Below, in pieces: positions 8,788 through 13,667 of a stretch of 13,667 bases of DNA; position 1 is the stretch's first letter; each line of letters begins with the position of its first letter. The DNA lies in NCBI GenBank assembly GCA_048938855.1, contig JBHLLT010000049.1:1-13667 (forward strand). Direction: 5' to 3'. The stretch comes from Promethearchaeota archaeon (lineage in GTDB: Archaea; Asgardarchaeota; Lokiarchaeia; Sigyniarchaeales; SOKP01). The notes below the pieces were generated by a model. It was not told where the DNA came from and searched no databases. It saw only the letters and a program-made list of their open reading frames with translations. The position numbers were made by a program, and so were the translations under genes.

Positions 8788-9660
8788 ATGCCACAAGGAA
8801 TCTTTTTATTAATACATGATGAGATAAGAGGACCAGAAATCAAATGTTCTTATTATATAAATCCAGTTAATTTAAATAAAGAATTCATTTCAAAATTATA
8901 CATGTCTCATGCTGGATTTGATTCTTCCTCTCATATAGAAATAAAATTTGAAAATTATCGTAGTGTTTCATGTTTCACGGGAAATCTTGATCGGAGAAGC
9001 CAAAAAGAAGGGATATTAGGTATTCTATTTGAAGAGAATGAGGAATTTGATAATTTAGATTTATTTTTACAGCGAAATTTATATTATGCTATAGATAACC
9101 CTAGCAATGAAACAATGCAATATATATTTTCAAATAACCTTCTTAATTATCTTAAATTAAATGACCTATTTCAAAAGGTGGAAATTGAAAATATTCCGGA
9201 ACTTTACATAATCAACGGAAATAGTGAATACAAATATAGTTTGCTAAAAATTGGTGAAAGTAGCATTTCAATTAAAGAAATGAGCGATTTATATCAAAAA
9301 ATTATAAATAAACAAATGATTTCTGATTATCACCATGAAAAATTAAACTTGGGAGGTGTAACTAATACTTTTTTAGTTCTAAAGAGTGATGTGCATACTG
9401 AAACTATTAGGAAGTTAATTCCCATAATAAAAACCTATTTAGAAAAGTATTATTATTACTCATTAGAAATTTTAACCTTATTACTCCTACCCTCGATTAT
9501 AAAAATAGTCCCAGCAAAAGCAGAATATTTAAAAAAATATTCTGATAAACCTAAATCGTTTCTCCAAAGTCTGCAAAAATCAGAAAACTATCAGGAGCAA
9601 TTTAACAAAGTAATCTCAGATTTAATTGAAGGAAATATCTATATATCCCCAGCATTATAA
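8788..9660 (+). CDS. Longin/uDENN-like domain protein, possibly tandem longin
   Basis: N-terminal GIFLLIHDEIRGPEIKCSY matches the first beta-hairpin signature of uDENN longins (hydrophobic strand-D/H-xxx-GP, as in NPRL2 and FLCN). It is followed by a helix, three strands and two helices. Has a strong SD. CDS status is solid; the fold call is by eye. Confidence 0.65.
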   Translation: MPQGIFLLIHDEIRGPEIKCSYYINPVNLNKEFISKLYMSHAGFDSSSHIEIKFENYRSVSCFTGNLDRRSQKEGILGILFEENEEFDNLDLFLQRNLYYAIDNPSNETMQYIFSNNLLNYLKLNDLFQKVEIENIPELYIINGNSEYKYSLLKIGESSISIKEMSDLYQKIINKQMISDYHHEKLNLGGVTNTFLVLKSDVHTETIRKLIPIIKTYLEKYYYYSLEILTLLLLPSIIKIVPAKAEYLKKYSDKPKSFLQSLQKSENYQEQFNKVISDLIEGNIYISPAL

Positions 9661-10674
9661 TTTTAAGGTAATTTTTTTAATTTTTTTTTTAATATTTCCA
9701 AATATCATATTAGCCATACCAAAATTTACTTTTTTTGATAGTATTAAAACTAAAATTAATTCTATATTTTGAACTACAATATATTCTGAACAAATTTTTT
9801 GGCGATTCTTCAAATCAAGAAACATTTTATATATATCTTGTAGTTGTTTCTCTTTTCTAGCCTCAAACTCTTTGATTATATTGAATAAGGTATCAGATGG
9901 GACTGAAGCATAAATTACTTTTCCTTTATTGTTAAAAAGAGCAGCACCTAAAATCTCCCTATTATCTACACTACTCCTCAATAGAGCTACAATTTCTTGA
10001 AAAAATGGTAAAGGAGCAATTTGAGCAAGATTTTCGGAATCTTCTACGATTCGGCCTTTAGAATACTCTAATTGAGGGAGATCGTAATCTAATAACTGAT
10101 ATCGTTTAACCTTAAAGGATTTATCAAGAAACACTTGAAATTTATGTTCACAAACCATTCCTTTAGGAATACTAATTGATGTTATCTGATGACTCTGATT
10201 TAAGATTTTTACTGGTATTTTCAAATTTTTTTCAGTTTCACATTCGGGACAATTTATTGTTATATATTCAAATGGTTCTATTTGAGATATCTTTTCTTCT
10301 TTTCTTTCGATATCCCCTGAAGAAGAAGTTTTTAGCTCTGAAATTGAGTCATCTTCGACAATTTGGATTAAGGATGCCTTAAGTAATTGATCTTTTTTAA
10401 CCTTTTCCAATTGCTGTTTAAGTTTAACATTTTCCAATTTTGATATACTTAGTTTATTTTTCAAATCTCGATTTTCCAATTCTAAATCCTTTAAATGAAT
10501 CTTTAAAATTGAAGCTTCCTCTATATCTGATTGGTTTAAGAAAGATTCTTCTAGCTCCATAATCATATCTTCAAGATTTTCTATTTTATCAAGGTAACCA
10601 TTTATTTCCCTATTCTTTAAATTTAATTTTTCTTCTAACTCTTTGATCTTGGCTTTAAGATTGTTTTCTGACAT
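9655..10674 (-). CDS. Coiled-coil + CxxC/CxH Zn-ribbon + C-terminal roadblock-like domain protein
   Basis: aa 1-100 is a heptad-rich L/K/E coiled coil. CPEC at 10251-10240 and CEH at 10152-10144. C-terminal ~115 aa reads helix, ILGAALFNNKGKVIYAS...LILVLILSKKVNFGMANMIF, helix, typical of roadblock/MglB/LAMTOR. Confidence 0.78.
   Translation of the reverse strand: MSENNLKAKIKELEEKLNLKNREINGYLDKIENLEDMIMELEESFLNQSDIEEASILKIHLKDLELENRDLKNKLSISKLENVKLKQQLEKVKKDQLLKASLIQIVEDDSISELKTSSSGDIERKEEKISQIEPFEYITINCPECETEKNLKIPVKILNQSHQITSISIPKGMVCEHKFQVFLDKSFKVKRYQLLDYDLPQLEYSKGRIVEDSENLAQIAPLPFFQEIVALLRSSVDNREILGAALFNNKGKVIYASVPSDTLFNIIKEFEARKEKQLQDIYKMFLDLKNRQKICSEYIVVQNIELILVLILSKKVNFGMANMIFGNIKKKIKKITLKL
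9661..9690 (+). terminator. Probable archaeal oligo-T terminator of the + strand operon
   Basis: T4 (9661-9664), T7 (9672-9678) and T10 (9681-9690) directly follow the stop at 9660. They lie inside the convergent gene, where they encode KKKIKKI. Confidence 0.5.
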
Positions 10675-11060
10675 GATACTTTTTTTTTTTAAAAATGATA
10701 GTTATTTTAATGAATTTCTAATTTCATAGTTTTCTTTAATTAGATTGAATGCATTCTTTTATTTTATATATATTTTAATAATCATATTAATAACTTTTAA
10801 TTTCAACATTTTCAAAATATAAGATTAAAAAATGTAAAGAGAGTTATTTTTTAAACAAAAACCTCTAACCTTTAGTTTTAAATCCTTAATTTAGTAAATT
10901 AAGTAGAATAAATGAAGAAAATTATTAACTATAACAATATAATCTCCATTTATAGATATAGTAAAGAATATGTACAAAAAAAAAATAATTTACTTCTTTA
11001 AAAGTGGTTTAGAGGATGGTTTTATATTTTGCTATTTTGCAAGAAAACACTGATAAAAAT

Positions 11061-11075
11061 GTAAAAATTTATAAA
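11061..11075 (+). promoter_or_regulatory. Candidate BRE/TATA promoter of the NYN-domain gene
   Basis: GTAAAAA followed by TTTATAAA (11068-11075), ~70 nt upstream of ATG 11147. Confidence 0.45.
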
Positions 11076-11146
11076 CGTAATTGACAATTTAATTTATGTC
11101 ACTATTCTATTAGTGTCATAGTTCGAGTTGGGGTTGGTTGGGAAAA

Positions 11147-12256
11147 ATGTATTTTTTGCTAAAATCAGAGACGGAAAGCGTTGATTTTGACGGTAATTGT
11201 ATAAAAAAAATTTTATGCTGTCCTTTTTGTGGGAATATAATGTTAAAGAAGTTGGATTCAAATATGTACTACGATAAGTATCAATGTTGGAATGTAAAAT
11301 GTGAGAAAATGAATACTCCTTTTATATTGTTAAAGGAATATATTCAATGTGAAGATTTATTTAATAAGATATGTGATACATGCAAAGAACCTTATAATCG
11401 TGAATTTATTCCTAATGAAAAACATGATTTATTAATAAAGTTCAGCTGTAGTGGAAAAGGCTGTGAAACTAATTTGAATCCTTATTGTTACAATATACTT
11501 CGGGGAGAATGGGAGGGTGTTCCACCACAGTTTATTAATTATGAAAAAAAAATTAACACTCAAGATATTAATCAAGAGAATAATGAGAACGATACACCCA
11601 GAATACAATGCGTTAAAATAAGTAAGGAGGATTTGATTGAATTTGGTTTAAAAGAACTGTCAAATCATAATTATAAAATTGAGGATACTCCATTATTAAG
11701 TATGAAAGTTGGTGAATATGATAAATTTTTGAAATATCATAAGGGTAAATTCGTAATTTTAGTAGATCTTCCCGATTTTATTGGATCTTTGAGAGAGACA
11801 ATCCAATTTAATTTTGAACATATTTTACATAAAGCGCATCAATTATTAATAGAATTTATTAAATCTTCTTTTTATACTTCAGACGATTACATTATTCACT
11901 ATTTCTCAAAACCGGAGGAGGATTTTGATTTATCCAATAAAATTATTATTGATTATTGTATGAAGAATAGAAAAAATGAATTTTTTCACTATATTAAAGT
12001 TCCTTGTGGACAAGGATATAGCAATATAGATAACTATATAATTGGTTATGGTGTAGATATTTTGGAGCGATCTAAAATAAGAGGTTTTGGTATTGTGTGT
12101 AGTGAAAAAGATTATCTACCCCTCATGATAATAGCAGGTTATAAAAATGTAAGGTCTTTTATACTTGGAATAAAAACTCCTAAGATTTACGAAAAATACG
12201 AAATACCAAATATGAAAATCCTTGAAATAAAGAAATTTTTTGAAATTCTTTCATAA
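11147..12256 (+). CDS. Double Zn-ribbon + NYN (LabA/DUF88, PIN-like) domain protein with non-canonical motifs
   Basis: CPFC..CWNVKC and CDTC..CSGKGC Cys pairs. NYN-like motifs FVILVDLPD (D at 11765), NIDNYI and FGIVCSEKDYLPLM...VRSFILG (12098-12115). ATG 11147 is preceded by a G-rich tract and is preferred over TTG 11138. Confidence 0.72.
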   Translation: MYFLLKSETESVDFDGNCIKKILCCPFCGNIMLKKLDSNMYYDKYQCWNVKCEKMNTPFILLKEYIQCEDLFNKICDTCKEPYNREFIPNEKHDLLIKFSCSGKGCETNLNPYCYNILRGEWEGVPPQFINYEKKINTQDINQENNENDTPRIQCVKISKEDLIEFGLKELSNHNYKIEDTPLLSMKVGEYDKFLKYHKGKFVILVDLPDFIGSLRETIQFNFEHILHKAHQLLIEFIKSSFYTSDDYIIHYFSKPEEDFDLSNKIIIDYCMKNRKNEFFHYIKVPCGQGYSNIDNYIIGYGVDILERSKIRGFGIVCSEKDYLPLMIIAGYKNVRSFILGIKTPKIYEKYEIPNMKILEIKKFFEILS

Positions 12257-12271
12257 TACGTTCAGTATTCC

Positions 12272-12278
12272 TTTTTTT
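12272..12278 (+). terminator. Possible oligo-T terminator after the NYN gene
   Basis: T7 run 15 nt after the stop codon. Confidence 0.35.
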
Positions 12279-12383
12279 CTGTTTATCAAATCCAGTCTTG
12301 TAAAGAGTAGTAATTGGAATAGAATTATTAATTATTTTTGCTATAATTATTATTAACTAATCTGGATTAGAGCGTGTCAAAGA

Positions 12384-13475
12384 ATGTCAGAAAAATTATG
12401 GAATAAAGTAGCGAAGAATATTATAAATGCGGGGATAGTACCTATTTCGGTTAGCGATACATTTTTAGAGATATTAAAAACTCTGATAACTGAAGAACAA
12501 ATGGAATTTCTTCAAATCTTTAGAAAGAGTTCATTGAACATCGACCAGATAAAAGCAAAAGTTGAATTAGATGATGAACCATTAAATAAAATGCTCAAAG
12601 TATTAATGGATAACGGAATTCTAGTAGGGATTCCAAGTAGAACTTCCGGTATTATGGTTTATCATCTAAGTTCTCCTCTACCTGGTCTTTTTGAATTTCC
12701 ATTTATGAAGGGCGAAACGGGCGAAAAACAGAAGAAATTAGCCCAATTATACGATACATATTTTGATGAGCTAGGCCAGTGGGCCCGAAATTTTGAAGAT
12801 ATGATTGCGAAACAAGTTAAGAATAATGCACCTCTAACTAGAGTTGTTACTATTGAAGAAGAAGTTGAAGTGGGGCAAGAATTAATTTTACCTTACGATG
12901 ACGTAAAACAAATTATAGAAAAAAATGATATTATTAGTACCAACCGCTGTTATTGCAGAATGTGGAAAGAAAACCTTAACGAGCCATGTAATTTGGATGC
13001 TCAAGGGATTAATTGTTTAACTTTTGGAAGATGGGGGAAATTCCTAATAGATCACAATTTTGGAAAACCAATTTCAAAAGAAGAAGCAATTAAAATAGTG
13101 AAAGAAGCTGAAAATTATGGACTTGTACATAAAGCGTTTCATATAAAGCAAAATCCGGAATTAGAAGAACAAACTATCTGTAATTGCTGTAGTTGTTGTT
13201 GTCAGATCTTTCAAACTTATCGCCGAGGAATATTTCCATTTCATACACTAACAACGTCTATGGCAATTGTAGATACAGAGAAGTGTAAAGGTTGTGGAAT
13301 TTGCGTAGAAAAATGTCCTATAGAAGCGACAGAATTGGTTGGAGATCACTCTTATATGAATATAGATAGATGCATAGGATGTGGAATCTGTGCTCATCAT
13401 TGTCCTGAGAAAGCAAGGACTCTAGAAAGAACAGGACTCAGAAGAGTGTTTATCCCCCTCCTCAGAACTGGTTGA
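12384..13475 (+). CDS. 4Fe-4S dicluster (ferredoxin) domain protein with N-terminal HTH-like region and central Cys-rich domain
   Basis: CKGCGICVEKCP and CIGCGICAHHCP at the C-terminus. Central CYCR, EPC, NCLTFG and ICNCCSCCC. The N-terminal LNIDQIKAKVELDDEPLNKMLKVLMDNGIL resembles a winged helix. Confidence 0.88.
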   Translation: MSEKLWNKVAKNIINAGIVPISVSDTFLEILKTLITEEQMEFLQIFRKSSLNIDQIKAKVELDDEPLNKMLKVLMDNGILVGIPSRTSGIMVYHLSSPLPGLFEFPFMKGETGEKQKKLAQLYDTYFDELGQWARNFEDMIAKQVKNNAPLTRVVTIEEEVEVGQELILPYDDVKQIIEKNDIISTNRCYCRMWKENLNEPCNLDAQGINCLTFGRWGKFLIDHNFGKPISKEEAIKIVKEAENYGLVHKAFHIKQNPELEEQTICNCCSCCCQIFQTYRRGIFPFHTLTTSMAIVDTEKCKGCGICVEKCPIEATELVGDHSYMNIDRCIGCGICAHHCPEKARTLERTGLRRVFIPLLRTG

Positions 13476-13490
13476 TTCTGATAGTTCTTC

Positions 13491-13667
13491 TTAATTATTC
13501 TCTTTTAAAAAGTCGTAGATTTGATCTGCGATTAATTTTCCATGAGCTACAGCATCAACTACACTTTTCGATCCAAGCACACAATCTCCCCCTGCTAAAA
13601 CTTTAGGAACGTTTGTGAAAAACTTTTCATTTACAATAAATGTATTTGATTTTGTGACCTTAAATTT
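13491..13667 (-). CDS. C-terminal fragment of a GltD/SudA(NfnA)-like FAD-dependent pyridine nucleotide oxidoreductase (not in the ORF track)
   Basis: Translating from 13667 gives KFKVTKSNTFIVNEKFFTNVPKVLAGGDCVLGSKSVVDAVAHGKLIADQIYDFLKENN*, which contains the FAD-binding T-x-x-P-x-V-x-A-G-G-D motif and the VVxAxxxGK helix. Stop at 13493-13491. Confidence 0.85.
   Translation of the reverse strand, partial: KFKVTKSNTFIVNEKFFTNVPKVLAGGDCVLGSKSVVDAVAHGKLIADQIYDFLKENN

Noticed and set aside
10176-10382. 68-aa + strand ORF
   Set aside because: It is antisense to the coiled-coil/Zn-ribbon gene and is a shadow ORF.
10680-10690. T11 homopolymer just upstream of the minus-strand start as a phase-variation tract
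   Set aside because: It is non-coding, similar A/T runs occur elsewhere in this AT-rich window, and variability cannot be judged without reads.

Overview
AT-rich window that looks like an Asgard archaeon (Lokiarchaeia-like; inferred from gene content). The left 10.7 kb holds two paralogous single-pass cell-surface proteins, each with a DUF2341/LamG head, a variable number of ~92-aa Ig-like stalk repeats, an FN3-like domain, a TM helix and a conserved ~235-aa helical TPR/MIT-like cytoplasmic tail. The second is followed at operon spacing (21 and 16 nt gaps) by a Rag/Gtr1-like small GTPase with a C-terminal roadblock domain and by a longin/uDENN-like protein. A coiled-coil + Zn-ribbon + roadblock protein converges on the operon and shares its stop-codon hexamer. 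My inference is a surface-receptor-coupled, Rag/roadblock/longin (proto Rag-Ragulator-GATOR1/FLCN-like) signalling module. The right end carries a double Zn-ribbon + degenerate NYN protein, a Cys-rich 4Fe-4S dicluster protein and the C-terminal fragment of a GltD/SudA-like flavoprotein. All domain calls come from motif recognition by eye; no searches were run.
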